A stretch of 64,000 nucleotides of DNA from Acidobacteriota bacterium (lineage in GTDB: Bacteria; Acidobacteriota; CAIWXX01), in contig JBFMAF010000026.1 of the NCBI GenBank assembly GCA_040755995.1, positions 130,360 to 194,359 of the forward strand, in the 5' to 3' direction. Below the pieces are notes generated by a model. That model saw only the letters and a program-made list of their open reading frames with translations. It was not told where the DNA came from and did not search any database. Every line of letters begins with the position of its first letter. The first letter of the stretch is position 1. This document shows, piece after piece, positions 19,493 to 28,913 of the stretch. The translations under genes and the position numbers were made by a program.

Positions 19493-21503
19493 GGGGCTGG
19501 CTGTTCTGGATCGGGAGGCGTATCGAGAAGGTCGTACCCTGGCCGGCAGCGCTTCGGAGCTGGATACTACCGCCGTGGCGCTCGACAATTCCATACGCGA
19601 TGGAAAGGCCCAGGCCCGTTCCGGTTTTCTTGGTCGTGAAGAAAGGCTCGAACAGCTTGTCTTTGATCTCGTCGGGAATTCCGGGGCCGTTGTCCTGGAT
19701 GTGGAGCTCCACCATTTTCAGATCGGCCGCCACGCCCGTCCGGATTCTGATCTCGCCGTTGTTGGGGATCGCGTCCGCCGCGTTCAAGACGATGTTCAGT
19801 ACGACCTGCCGCATCTGATCCATGTCGGCCATGATGCTCGGAACGGAAGGATCGAGATCGGTCTTGATCACCGCATTCCGGAAGCTGGCCTGGTTCCTGA
19901 CCAGCGCCAGCACGTCCTCGACTACGCGGTTCAGACTCAGGGATTGTTTGTGCGGTTGGGTCTGGCGAGCGAAGTCCAGGAGTCCCTTGACGATCTTGCG
20001 GCACCTGAGGGTCTCGTTCACGATCGTCTGGAGATCCTCCCGATGCGGGTCATCCGCCGTTGTGTCTTCGAGCATCAGGCTGCTGTTCGTGAGAATGCCC
20101 GTCAGCGGATTGTTGATCTCGTGAGCGACGCCGGCGGCGAGCTTGCCTATGCCCGCGAGCTTCTCCGCCTGCAGCAGCTGGGTCTGCATCGCCCTCAGCT
20201 CGGCAGTGCGTTGATCCACCTTTCGCTCGAGGTTCTCCGCCCACTCTCGCAGATCCTGGTGTGCCTTCGAGAGCTCGCGCACCATCTTGTTGAACGAGCT
20301 GGCCAGATGCGCGATTTCATCCTCGCCGGTAACCTCGATCTCCTGCGAGTAGTCCCCTCCGGCGAGCCCCTGCGATGCGAGAGCGATCGCCCGGATGGGC
20401 TTCGAAATCCTGTCTGCCGCCTTCATCGCCACCCAGGAGACGAGGACCACTCCGAGGAGGGCGATTCCGAGAAAGACGAGCAGGCTTCTCCAGAGACTGT
20501 CCCGAAAAGGCCGTTCGAGCGTGCCGACGTAGAGCATCCCGATCGTCTTTCCCTGCATGTCCAGGATTGGAGCATAGGCGGAGATGTACCAGTCGTTCAC
20601 GACGAAGGCTCGGCCGCGCCACGTGTTGCCTCTCTCGAGCACCTCCTTTGCGACCTCCGCGGACACCCTGGTCGTGATGGCGCGGTTGCCGTCGGCATTC
20701 CGCACATTCGTCGAAATGCGGACATCATCCTGGAATATCGTGGCTGTGCCTACCTCTCTGCCCTTGTAAACCCCTTCCTTGAACACAGTCTTGCGTATCT
20801 TGTCCACAACTTCGTAGTTCCGGTTGATGAGAACGCCGCCGTACAGGATCCCAACCATTCTATTCTGCGGCGTGAAGACAGGCGCGGCTGCCATCAGAAG
20901 CATGCCGTCGGCGAGCGTAGTTCGCTCGGTCGGAGCGGCATGGGGGGTCGGGGTAATGCTCATTCCCGCCTGCTCGGCCAGCGCATCTGACTCCTTCTGA
21001 AGCTCCACTGCGGTGAAGATGATGGTGCTCGCCACCGACTCCCTCCTGAAGAGCGCCATGTGGACGAGCTCCTCGCGCGACATGTCGTCGCCCCGCTGCG
21101 CCGGACGGTTCGTGCGATAGAACACCCTGCCCGAGGAATCGGTGACTGTGAGGATGTCGAGTCGCTCCGCCGACTTCACGCGCTCCATCTCGGGCCCCAG
21201 GTTCGACAGATCGTTCCTGTCCAATGCTCCGTAAATCATCATCCGCGTCGCGTGGATCCTCAAGGAGTCCTTGAGCCGCTCGAGATATCCCTGATAGATC
21301 TCCTTCGCGGACTCCAAATCGGAGCTCACCTTCGATTCGGCCTGCTCGTAGACGTGGCGCTGAATCATGCGAACTCCGACGAGAGTCGTGATGAGGGCCG
21401 GGATCATGATGGCCACGGCGAAGCTTGTGATCAGGCGCGCCTTGAGGCTGGAGAGAATACGTAAACGCATTCGACCCTGCAGCGACTGAAATGCGGACGG
21501 CAC
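19485..21503 (-). CDS. Sensor histidine kinase (Cache-like periplasmic domain, HAMP)
   Basis: ATIFQDDVRISTNV..YISAYAPI..GMLYVG Cache pattern; GVAHEINNPL; GTGLGL; start may be ATG near 21470. Confidence 0.93.
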   Translation of the reverse strand: MPSAFQSLQGRMRLRILSSLKARLITSFAVAIMIPALITTLVGVRMIQRHVYEQAESKVSSDLESAKEIYQGYLERLKDSLRIHATRMMIYGALDRNDLSNLGPEMERVKSAERLDILTVTDSSGRVFYRTNRPAQRGDDMSREELVHMALFRRESVASTIIFTAVELQKESDALAEQAGMSITPTPHAAPTERTTLADGMLLMAAAPVFTPQNRMVGILYGGVLINRNYEVVDKIRKTVFKEGVYKGREVGTATIFQDDVRISTNVRNADGNRAITTRVSAEVAKEVLERGNTWRGRAFVVNDWYISAYAPILDMQGKTIGMLYVGTLERPFRDSLWRSLLVFLGIALLGVVLVSWVAMKAADRISKPIRAIALASQGLAGGDYSQEIEVTGEDEIAHLASSFNKMVRELSKAHQDLREWAENLERKVDQRTAELRAMQTQLLQAEKLAGIGKLAAGVAHEINNPLTGILTNSSLMLEDTTADDPHREDLQTIVNETLRCRKIVKGLLDFARQTQPHKQSLSLNRVVEDVLALVRNQASFRNAVIKTDLDPSVPSIMADMDQMRQVVLNIVLNAADAIPNNGEIRIRTGVAADLKMVELHIQDNGPGIPDEIKDKLFEPFFTTKKTGTGLGLSIAYGIVERHGGSIQLRSAAGQGTTFSIRLPIQNSQPHA

Positions 21504-21661
21504 GTTCAGAGATTAGCAGCCCAGCGCTTCAGCACGCAAGGCACTCTGCTCAAGATTAACACGATTTAATTCGCTCTTAAGGGTCCTTTCATCCGCGGGT
21601 GTTAGCTTTCAGGTATGAAACCAACCCGGGAAACGTACGAACTCCCCGAGGAGGACGGACG

Positions 21662-22243
21662 ATGGTAGACCAACGAGACATAGTGCTGGAAGCGGGAGCA
21701 AAGCACGACTTCATCGACGAGCTGCTCGCGGTGCCGGGCGGCGAGGCGATACGCGACTGCATCCAATGCGGCACGTGCAGCGGCTCTTGCCCCGTTTCCT
21801 ATTTTATGGACAACACGCCGCGGAAGCTCTTCGCCATGATCCGCGCGGGGCTGCGCGACCGGGTGCTTGAGAGCGCAAGCCTATGGTTGTGCACGTCGTG
21901 CTACACGTGCACCTTGCGCTGCCCAAGGCAGATAGCCGTGACCGACATCATCTACGCGCTCAAGCGGCTCGCGATGAAGGAGGGCAAGGGGGCCGGCGCG
22001 GCGAAGGCAGTGGCGCTGGCCAGCTCGTTCGTCGCCGTCGTCGATCGCCGGGGCCGCAACTATGAGCCCGAGCTGCTGATACGCTACTACCTGAAGACGA
22101 ACCCGGCGGCCTTCGTGAACCAGGCCGGACTGGGCATGAAGCTGCTGGGACGGGGGCGCTTCCCATTGAAGGGTGAGAAGATACACGGCCTCGACCAGAT
22201 CCGCACGATTATCGCCAAGTCGCACGAAATCGGAGGTCTGTGA
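21662..22243 (+). CDS. hdrC: Heterodisulfide reductase subunit C (2x[4Fe-4S])
   Basis: CIQCGTCSGSCP and LWLCTSCYTCTLRCPR; RBS GGAGGA. Confidence 0.9.
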   Translation: MVDQRDIVLEAGAKHDFIDELLAVPGGEAIRDCIQCGTCSGSCPVSYFMDNTPRKLFAMIRAGLRDRVLESASLWLCTSCYTCTLRCPRQIAVTDIIYALKRLAMKEGKGAGAAKAVALASSFVAVVDRRGRNYEPELLIRYYLKTNPAAFVNQAGLGMKLLGRGRFPLKGEKIHGLDQIRTIIAKSHEIGGL

Positions 22244-23148
22244 TGCGTTTCGCATACTACCCGGGCTGCTCGCTGGAGGCAACGGGGCGAGCCTATGAGG
22301 AGTCCACATCGGCGCTTGCCAAGCCGCTGGGTCTCGATCTCAAGGAACTGGACGACTGGAACTGCTGCGGCGCAACATCGTACATGTCGGTGCGCGAGCT
22401 GCTGTCGTACTCGATCTCTGCCAGGAACCTCTGCCTTGCGCAGAAGCAGGGGCTGGATATTGTCGCGCCGTGCTCGGCCTGCTTCACCATCCTGCGGAAG
22501 ACCGATCATTACCTGCAGGAGATGCCCGAGCTGCGAAGAAAGGTGGAGAGTGTTCTGGGAGCTGCCGGCCTGTCCTACACGCCCGGCAGCGTGCGTGTCC
22601 GGCACCTGCTGGAGGTGATGACAGGGAACGGCGGCCTCGGCAAGATCCGCGACCTGGTGCGGAATCCGCTGAAGACTCTCAAGGTCGCTCCGTATTACGG
22701 CTGTCAGATCGTGCGCCCGCGGGTGGATTTCGACGACCCGGAATACCCGATGGTCCTGGACCGGGTGATCGAGGCGATCGGAGCGCAGGCGGTCTACTAT
22801 CCGGTGAAATCGCGCTGCTGCGGGGCGTCACTGATGGCGTCGAACGAACCCGCCGCGATCCGCCTCTGCAAGAACCTGTTGCTTTGTGCCCAGCAGAACG
22901 AGGCCGATTGCATCATCACTGTCTGCCCCCTCTGCCAGATGAACCTGGACGCGTTTCAGAACAAGGTGAACCTGAAGTATGGAACGCGCTTCAACATCCC
23001 TGTTCTTTACTTCACGCAGCTCGTGGGCCTGGCTTTGGGAATGCCGGCCGGGGCCGTGGGAATAGGCCGGGAGATCGTCCCGGCCGCTTCACTGCTGGGC
23101 CGGTACGCCGATACCCCGACGGCCCCAGCATCCGTTGCACACGCATGA
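22243..23148 (+). CDS. hdrB: Heterodisulfide reductase subunit B (two CCG domains)
   Basis: YYPGCS, WNCCG, PCSAC, YYGCQ, CCG, VCPLCQMNLD. Confidence 0.93.
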   Translation: MRFAYYPGCSLEATGRAYEESTSALAKPLGLDLKELDDWNCCGATSYMSVRELLSYSISARNLCLAQKQGLDIVAPCSACFTILRKTDHYLQEMPELRRKVESVLGAAGLSYTPGSVRVRHLLEVMTGNGGLGKIRDLVRNPLKTLKVAPYYGCQIVRPRVDFDDPEYPMVLDRVIEAIGAQAVYYPVKSRCCGASLMASNEPAAIRLCKNLLLCAQQNEADCIITVCPLCQMNLDAFQNKVNLKYGTRFNIPVLYFTQLVGLALGMPAGAVGIGREIVPAASLLGRYADTPTAPASVAHA

Positions 23149-23250
23149 TGAACAAGATCGTCCGCGAGCAGCACCGGCGAAGACAGACCGGATCGCGTGC
23201 GGGCCTCGCGCCCGCTCCAATCTTTCGCACCTGAAGAAGGAGGATAGACC

Positions 23251-24153
23251 ATGGCCGAACCAGGCGATAGCATAGCAGCGAACGAATCCACGATCGGCCA
23301 GGCGACCGACGGTCTCCGTATCGGCGTCTATGTCTGCCACTGCGGGACGAATATATCGGGCAAGGTCGACGTCGAGAACGTCTCGCGATACGCGGCCAAA
23401 CTGCCGGGTGTAGTGATCGCCAGGGACTATAAGTTCTTGTGCTCGGATCCCGGGCAGGATCTCATCATCAAGGACATACAGACATACAAACTCCAGCGCG
23501 TCGTGGTCTCTTCCTGCTCGCCCAGGATGCACGAGCCGACGTTCCGCGGAGCCTGCGGCCGGGCGGAGCTCAATCCGTTTCTGATGACCATGGCAAACAT
23601 CCGCGAACACTGTTCGTGGGTCACCGCAGATCCGACCGCGGCCACGGACAAAGCCAAAGCGCTGATACGAGGAGCAGTTGCGCGCGCGGCCAACCTGGAG
23701 CCTCTGCACGTGCGCGAAGTGCCGGTCGCACCGGCCGTGATGGTCATCGGCGGCGGAATCGCCGGTATCCAGGCGGCCCTGGACGTGGCAAGCGCCGGAA
23801 AGAAGGTCTATCTCGTCGAGAAGGAGCCGAGTATCGGCGGTCACATGGCGCAGTTCGACAAGACCTTCCCGACACTCGACTGCGCCGCCTGCATTCTGAC
23901 GCCCAAGATGGTCAACGTGGGCCAGAACCCGAATATCGAGCTTCTCACGTATAGCGAGGTCGAGGATGTGTCTGGATACATCGGCAACTTCAAGGTGCGC
24001 GTACGCAGGAAGGCCCGGTTCGTAGACGAGGACAAGTGTAACGGTTGCGGCGCGTGCTGGGAGGCCTGTCCCGCCAAACGAGTCCCGGCGACACGGGTGA
24101 TACGCAAGGGGAAGCTCGTCATCGGCCGGACGAAGCTACCCTCTGAAAGCTGA
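23251..24153 (+). CDS. hdrA: Heterodisulfide reductase subunit A, N-terminal half (split gene)
   Basis: IGVYVCHCGTNI, CSDPGQ, SCSPRMHE, NIREHCSW, GGGIAG, FPTLDCAACIL; ends after one CNGCGACWEACP motif. Confidence 0.92.
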   Translation: MAEPGDSIAANESTIGQATDGLRIGVYVCHCGTNISGKVDVENVSRYAAKLPGVVIARDYKFLCSDPGQDLIIKDIQTYKLQRVVVSSCSPRMHEPTFRGACGRAELNPFLMTMANIREHCSWVTADPTAATDKAKALIRGAVARAANLEPLHVREVPVAPAVMVIGGGIAGIQAALDVASAGKKVYLVEKEPSIGGHMAQFDKTFPTLDCAACILTPKMVNVGQNPNIELLTYSEVEDVSGYIGNFKVRVRRKARFVDEDKCNGCGACWEACPAKRVPATRVIRKGKLVIGRTKLPSES

Positions 24154-24189
24154 GTCATCACCAGATGATCCTGTTCACGGGAGCCGAAG

Positions 24190-24525
24190 ATGACGCTCGC
24201 AGACGTACGGGATATCCTGAGGGCGGAAATCCTCTGGGCGAACGATCTTACTACAGTCGTAGAATCGGTCGGGGCCGCCGACCTGATGAGCGACGTGCTG
24301 GCCCTCAGCAGACCGGGCATGCTGCTGCTTTCAGGGCTGCTCAGCGTGCAGACCATACGCACCGCGGCGGTGGCCGATCTGATTGGAGTCGTGTTCGTGC
24401 GCGGGAAGATTCCCGATTCGCAGATCGTCAGGGCGGCCGAGGAGGCCGGGGTGCCAATCATGAGCACAGCCTTCACAATGTTCGAGGCATCAGGCCTGCT
24501 TTACTGCGCGCTGAACCGGCGCTGA
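24190..24525 (+). CDS. DRTGG-domain protein
   Basis: AADLMSDVLA..LLSGL..IRTA..VFVRGK pattern. Confidence 0.85.
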   Translation: MTLADVRDILRAEILWANDLTTVVESVGAADLMSDVLALSRPGMLLLSGLLSVQTIRTAAVADLIGVVFVRGKIPDSQIVRAAEEAGVPIMSTAFTMFEASGLLYCALNRR

Positions 24526-24548
24526 GCAGGCCGCTGTGTGATGCCGGT

Positions 24549-24977
24549 ATGCAGATGGAGGAGTTCGAGCGGAGCTACACGATCACAGGAAGGGACTTCG
24601 TGAACGCAGGTCGGGCCTCTACGGCTGTCAAGGACATTCTCAAGGGAATGGGTGTCAGGGCCGATCTGGTGCGGCGCGCGGCGATTGCCGCATATGAGGC
24701 GGAGATGAACGTAGTGATGTATGCGAGTCGCGGCACAATGACGCTGCACGTGACCCCTTCGCGGCTGTTGATCGAGGTTGATGACGAGGGGCCCGGAATA
24801 GCGGATCTGGAGCTGGCGATGAAGGAGGGCTATTCCACTGCGACCCACGAGATGCGCGAAATGGGATTCGGCGCCGGAATGGGACTGCCGAATATCAAGA
24901 GGAACGCGCATGAGATGAGCATCCAGTCGGTCGTCGGTGTGGGCACGAAGCTCTCCGTTCAAGTGAGATTCGATTAG
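24549..24977 (+). CDS. RsbT/RsbW-like Ser/Thr kinase (anti-sigma regulatory factor, HATPase)
   Basis: AAIAAYEAEMNVV, DEGPGI, GYSTA, GFGAGMGLPNIK. Confidence 0.88.
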   Translation: MQMEEFERSYTITGRDFVNAGRASTAVKDILKGMGVRADLVRRAAIAAYEAEMNVVMYASRGTMTLHVTPSRLLIEVDDEGPGIADLELAMKEGYSTATHEMREMGFGAGMGLPNIKRNAHEMSIQSVVGVGTKLSVQVRFD

Positions 24978-24988
24978 AGGGGCATTCA

Positions 24989-26329
24989 GTGCAGGCTTAC
25001 TATCACTCGATTCGCTTCGACGCGGCCCGTTGCGACGGCTGCATGTCGTGCATGCGCGTCTGCCCCACGCGAGCGGTCCGAATCCGCAAAGGCGGCGCAG
25101 TGATGCTGGAGGATCGCTGCATAGACTGCGGTGAATGCATCAGGTCGTGCACGCGTGGAGCGGTGGTTCCGCTCACTGGAACGCTCGAGGATCTCTCCAG
25201 CTTCACGTACAAGGTGGCAATCCCATCACCGGCTCTCTATGCACAGTTCGATCCGGAAGTGACGCCCGGCATGATACTCGACGCGCTGAAGATCTGCGGG
25301 TTCGATGATGCAGTGAGTCTGTCGGCTTCCTGCGATGCCGTGGCGGCTGCCACTGAGCTGTTTCTCGACGAGTATCGCGGCCAGTATCCGTTGATATCCT
25401 CGTTCTGCCCGTCGGTAGTGCGGCTTATCCAGGTGCAGTACCCGGACCTGGTGGAGCAGCTGCTGCCCATATTGACTCCAAGGGAAATAGCCGCGCGGGA
25501 AGCCAAGGTGAAGAAGGAAGTGGATAGCGGCATCGACACGGAGCGAATCGGTGCCGTGTACATCACCCCCTGCCCCGCCAAGATGGTATCGATTGTCGAC
25601 CACCCGGGAATGGACAGATCCTACCTCGACTCTGCCGTCTCCATAAGAGACCTGTACCAGATCCTCGCCGCAGCCCTGGCGCAGAGCCAGGAACGCAAAG
25701 ATCGCGCAGGCGATGGCGAGACTGCGTCGGGCATTGCATGGGCCTATCTTGGAGCGTTGCCGATGTCGGTGCCCGCGGAGAACAGCATGTCCGTTGCCGG
25801 GCTTCCGAATGTAATCCGGATTCTGGACGACATAGAGAAGGGCCGGCTGCGAAGGTATTCGTTCGTTGAGTGTCACGCATGTCCTGAGGGGTGTGTCAGC
25901 GGCCCGCTGACCATCGAAAACCCTTACGTAGCGAGGGCCAGAGCGATCAGACTGTCCGGATCGCTGGAGAGGGCGGAGGCGGCCAGGAGTGAGCAGATTC
26001 TCCGGCTCTACCGTGAAGGTGCGTTCCTGATGAAACAGACGATCGGCGCCCGGCCGCACAAGCCGCTGGACACCGACATATCGCGCGCAATCGCCAAGAT
26101 GAAGGAAAAGGACCGGATCCGCGCCGGGCTGCCTGGGATTGACTGCGGGGCATGCGGTGCGCCGACGTGCGAGGCGTTTGCCGAGGACCTTGTCGAAGGA
26201 GAAACCGAAGCAGCCTCTTGTGTGTTCGTGCGCCAGCAACAGGTCAGCGAACTTGTCGAGAGGCTGGGCGTGCTTCTGAAGATCCATTCAGGCAGCGGCG
26301 AACGGCCGTCTGTGGGAGTACAGCAATGA
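24989..26329 (+). CDS. [FeFe]-hydrogenase-like Fe-S protein with degenerate H-cluster motifs (putative sensor)
   Basis: N-terminal 2x[4Fe-4S]; SSFCPS, TPCPAK, ECHACPEGCVSG; C-terminal DCGACGAPTC..C Fe-S domain. Confidence 0.82.
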   Translation: MQAYYHSIRFDAARCDGCMSCMRVCPTRAVRIRKGGAVMLEDRCIDCGECIRSCTRGAVVPLTGTLEDLSSFTYKVAIPSPALYAQFDPEVTPGMILDALKICGFDDAVSLSASCDAVAAATELFLDEYRGQYPLISSFCPSVVRLIQVQYPDLVEQLLPILTPREIAAREAKVKKEVDSGIDTERIGAVYITPCPAKMVSIVDHPGMDRSYLDSAVSIRDLYQILAAALAQSQERKDRAGDGETASGIAWAYLGALPMSVPAENSMSVAGLPNVIRILDDIEKGRLRRYSFVECHACPEGCVSGPLTIENPYVARARAIRLSGSLERAEAARSEQILRLYREGAFLMKQTIGARPHKPLDTDISRAIAKMKEKDRIRAGLPGIDCGACGAPTCEAFAEDLVEGETEAASCVFVRQQQVSELVERLGVLLKIHSGSGERPSVGVQQ

Positions 26330-26676
26330 GGGTTGCCGACATTGCACCCATGTTGAACGGAACAATCGTCGGCGGCATCGAAGCTGCGGACAAGGAAGCC
26401 AACGGGGGCTATGTTTCTGATCTACTCTCGGACGTCATGGGCAACGCCAATGCAGGCGACGTCTGGGTGACAATCCAGAAGCACGTGAACACGATCGCAG
26501 TCGCGCATCTCCGGGATATCGCCGCAATCGTGCTGGCGAACGGGAGGCAACCGGAGGACGAGACGGTGCGGCGGGCCGCAGAGGAACAGGTGCCCGTCAT
26601 CCTCACCCAGCTGCCGGTCTTCGACGTAGCTGGAATTCTGTACGGGGTGGGTTTGCGCGGGGGGAGGAAGCCCTGA
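26326..26676 (+). CDS. DRTGG-domain protein
   Basis: GGYVSDLLSDVMGNA..VWVTIQKHVNTIAVA; ATGA overlap. Confidence 0.85.
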   Translation: MRVADIAPMLNGTIVGGIEAADKEANGGYVSDLLSDVMGNANAGDVWVTIQKHVNTIAVAHLRDIAAIVLANGRQPEDETVRRAAEEQVPVILTQLPVFDVAGILYGVGLRGGRKP

Positions 26677-26678
26677 AG

Positions 26679-28040
26679 GTGTTTACACTGGACACGCATA
26701 TGCACACTTGCCTCTCCCCGTGTGCAGATCTGGACATGCACCCGACTGCCATCGTCGCCACGGCGATACAGGCCGGACTGGACGGCATCGTGGTGTGCGA
26801 CCATAACTCGGCCGAGAACCTGGCTGCGGTCCAGCGGGCCGGGCAACGGGTGGGGCTCTCCGTTCTGGCTGGGATGGAGATTGCGAGCGCCGAAGAGGTT
26901 CATGTGGTGGCACTGCTGCCTGACCTCGAAGCTGCTCTGAAATTGCAACGGCGGGTCTACGCGGAGCTGCCCGGTAAGAATGACGAAGAGGCGTTCGGGA
27001 TGCAGGTTGTAGCCGGTGAAGACGGCGAGGTGCTCGGCTTCAATCAGCGTCTCCTGATCGGCGCTACCACCATGAGCGTCGAGGAAGTCGTCGCGGCAAT
27101 CCACGATGCCGGTGGAGTCGCAGTGGCGGCGCACGTCGATCGCGAAGGTTTCGGGATCATCGGTCAGCTCGGCATGATACCCCCCGGGCTGGCGCTGGAC
27201 GCACTGGAGGTCTCGAGGCTCACGCCGCTGTCCGTCGCCCGCCTGAAGTACGTTCCTTCGGGCGAGCTCCCGCTGCTCTGCGGCTCGGATGCCCACGAAC
27301 CGAAGTTCGTCGGAACAGCGGTGACCTTCATGCTGCTGCAGGAACCGACTTTTGCCGAAGTGAATGCGGCCCTCGCGGAGAAGAGCGGCAGGACGGTTCT
27401 TGGTGGAGGCAGGCCGATGGAAGATCTTTCAATGCACATCCTCGACATCGCGCAGAATTCGATCGAGGCCGGAGCCTCTTCCGTCGAGATCAGCCTCGTC
27501 GAAGACATTGCGCGCGACCTGCTCGAGATCGAAGTGCGCGACGACGGGAAGGGCATGGACCCTGAGACGATCGCGAAGGTCGCCGACCCCTTCTTCACCA
27601 CGAGAACGACACGAAAGGTGGGGATGGGTCTGGCGTTCCTCGCACAGGCCGCGCAGGCTGCGGGCGGCGAGTTGTCAATCAAGTCGGAACCCGGGCAGGG
27701 GACTCGCGTGAAAGCGTCCTTCGGCCTGAGTCACATAGACCGCGCGCCGATCGGAGACGTCGAGACTACGCTGATGGTGCTTCTGGCAGGACACGACAAC
27801 GTCGATCTCACGTTCAGGCATTCAATCGGCGGGCGGGAGTTCTCGCTGTGTACGGCGGATCTGAAGGAGGCCGCCGGGGGTGGACCGCTTTCCACACCGG
27901 CGGGTCTCGCGCTGCTCCGGCAGGCCATTCGCCTCGGCGAGTCATCCTTGCGCGAGCCGGATCCGGCGAGGCAGACCCGGCGACCAGGAAATCAGACGGC
28001 GGCTTCACTGGAGGTCAACAATGAATATCGAGACCGGTAG
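26679..28040 (+). CDS. PHP-domain phosphoesterase fused to a HATPase (histidine-kinase-like) domain
   Basis: DTHMHTCLSPC, CDHNS, AHVDR, GSDAH, followed in frame by MEDLSMHILDIAQNS..DDGKGM..DPFFTTR..GMGL. Confidence 0.85.
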   Translation: MFTLDTHMHTCLSPCADLDMHPTAIVATAIQAGLDGIVVCDHNSAENLAAVQRAGQRVGLSVLAGMEIASAEEVHVVALLPDLEAALKLQRRVYAELPGKNDEEAFGMQVVAGEDGEVLGFNQRLLIGATTMSVEEVVAAIHDAGGVAVAAHVDREGFGIIGQLGMIPPGLALDALEVSRLTPLSVARLKYVPSGELPLLCGSDAHEPKFVGTAVTFMLLQEPTFAEVNAALAEKSGRTVLGGGRPMEDLSMHILDIAQNSIEAGASSVEISLVEDIARDLLEIEVRDDGKGMDPETIAKVADPFFTTRTTRKVGMGLAFLAQAAQAAGGELSIKSEPGQGTRVKASFGLSHIDRAPIGDVETTLMVLLAGHDNVDLTFRHSIGGREFSLCTADLKEAAGGGPLSTPAGLALLRQAIRLGESSLREPDPARQTRRPGNQTAASLEVNNEYRDR

Positions 28041-28518
28041 GGTCAGCGAGATCGCAATGCGGCATGGGAGGAGGCGGGAGCACATCATTGCTATCCTGCT
28101 GGATTGCCAGGAGGAGTTCCTGCACTTGCCCAGGCAGGTAATCGAAACGGTGGCCAAGGACGTCGGCGCTCCTGTTTCGACCGTCCTCGGCATCGCCACG
28201 TTCTTCAGGGCTTTCAGCCTCAAGCCGGTGGGGCGCTACCCGATTCATGTTTGCATGGGCACGGCCTGCCACGTGCAGGGCGCTCCGAGGCTGTTGGAGG
28301 CGCTGGAGAGGGAGATTGGCGTGAAGAGGGGCGAGACCACGTCGGACATGGCATTCAACCTCGACACCGTCAACTGCCTCGGCTGCTGCGGTCTGGCTCC
28401 AGTGATCAACGTCGGCAAGGATGTTCACGGCAAGCTCAAGCAGTCGGCCATACCACGTCTCGTCAAGACGTATCGGGCCAAGTTTGCCAGGGAGGCGGAG
28501 GTGAAGGGCCATGCCTAA
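28021..28518 (+). CDS. nuoE: NuoE/HydC-like [2Fe-2S] subunit
   Basis: VCMGTACHVQG and VNCLGCCGLAPV. Confidence 0.92.
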   Translation: MNIETGRVSEIAMRHGRRREHIIAILLDCQEEFLHLPRQVIETVAKDVGAPVSTVLGIATFFRAFSLKPVGRYPIHVCMGTACHVQGAPRLLEALEREIGVKRGETTSDMAFNLDTVNCLGCCGLAPVINVGKDVHGKLKQSAIPRLVKTYRAKFAREAEVKGHA

Positions 28519-28894
28519 ACTCACGATCGAGGATCTGAAGAGGATCAGCGAGCAGGCCAAAGCCACGATGACACTCCGCTCGGGCACCGCCCGCGCAAAG
28601 GTGACCGTCCACATGGGAACGTGCGGGATCTCGGCAGGAGCGCGCGAGGTGATGGCGGCGCTGTTGAAGGAGATCGAGACGGGCGGAGTGACCGATGTAC
28701 TGGTAGGCACTTCGGGTTGTGCAGGGTTATGCAGTCGCGAACCGATGGCGACTGTCGAGATCCGGGGCCAGCCGCCGGTGAAGTACGTGGACCTCTCGCC
28801 TGAGAAGATGGGCCAGGTATTCCGGAAACACGTCATGGGCGGGACGATCTTGATGGAGTACGCGCTGGCAGCGGGGAGCGAAACGACCGGTTGA
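28511..28894 (+). CDS. Thioredoxin-like [2Fe-2S] ferredoxin (HydD/HndB-like)
   Basis: VHMGTCGISAGA, SGCAGLCSREP. Confidence 0.85.
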   Translation: MPKLTIEDLKRISEQAKATMTLRSGTARAKVTVHMGTCGISAGAREVMAALLKEIETGGVTDVLVGTSGCAGLCSREPMATVEIRGQPPVKYVDLSPEKMGQVFRKHVMGGTILMEYALAAGSETTG

Positions 28895-28913
28895 CGGCCG
28901 GGGAGGAGTGCAT

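Noticed and set aside
19272..20990. Long antisense/alternate-frame ORFs (e.g. 19272-20990+, 1733-2965+, 47076-48377-, 55784-57265-)
   Set aside because: Shadows of well-supported genes in GC-rich DNA, with no recognisable motifs.
21540..21640. Promoter or Rex/FNR site upstream of hdrC
   Set aside because: AT-rich and probably regulatory, but no consensus match I can defend.
24165..24548. 270-aa version of the kinase ORF
   Set aside because: Its 5' part overlaps the DRTGG gene in another frame; kinase similarity starts at MQMEEF (24549).
24989..26329. Catalytic [FeFe]-hydrogenase
   Set aside because: P1-P3 pocket residues are substituted and no maturases are seen in the window.
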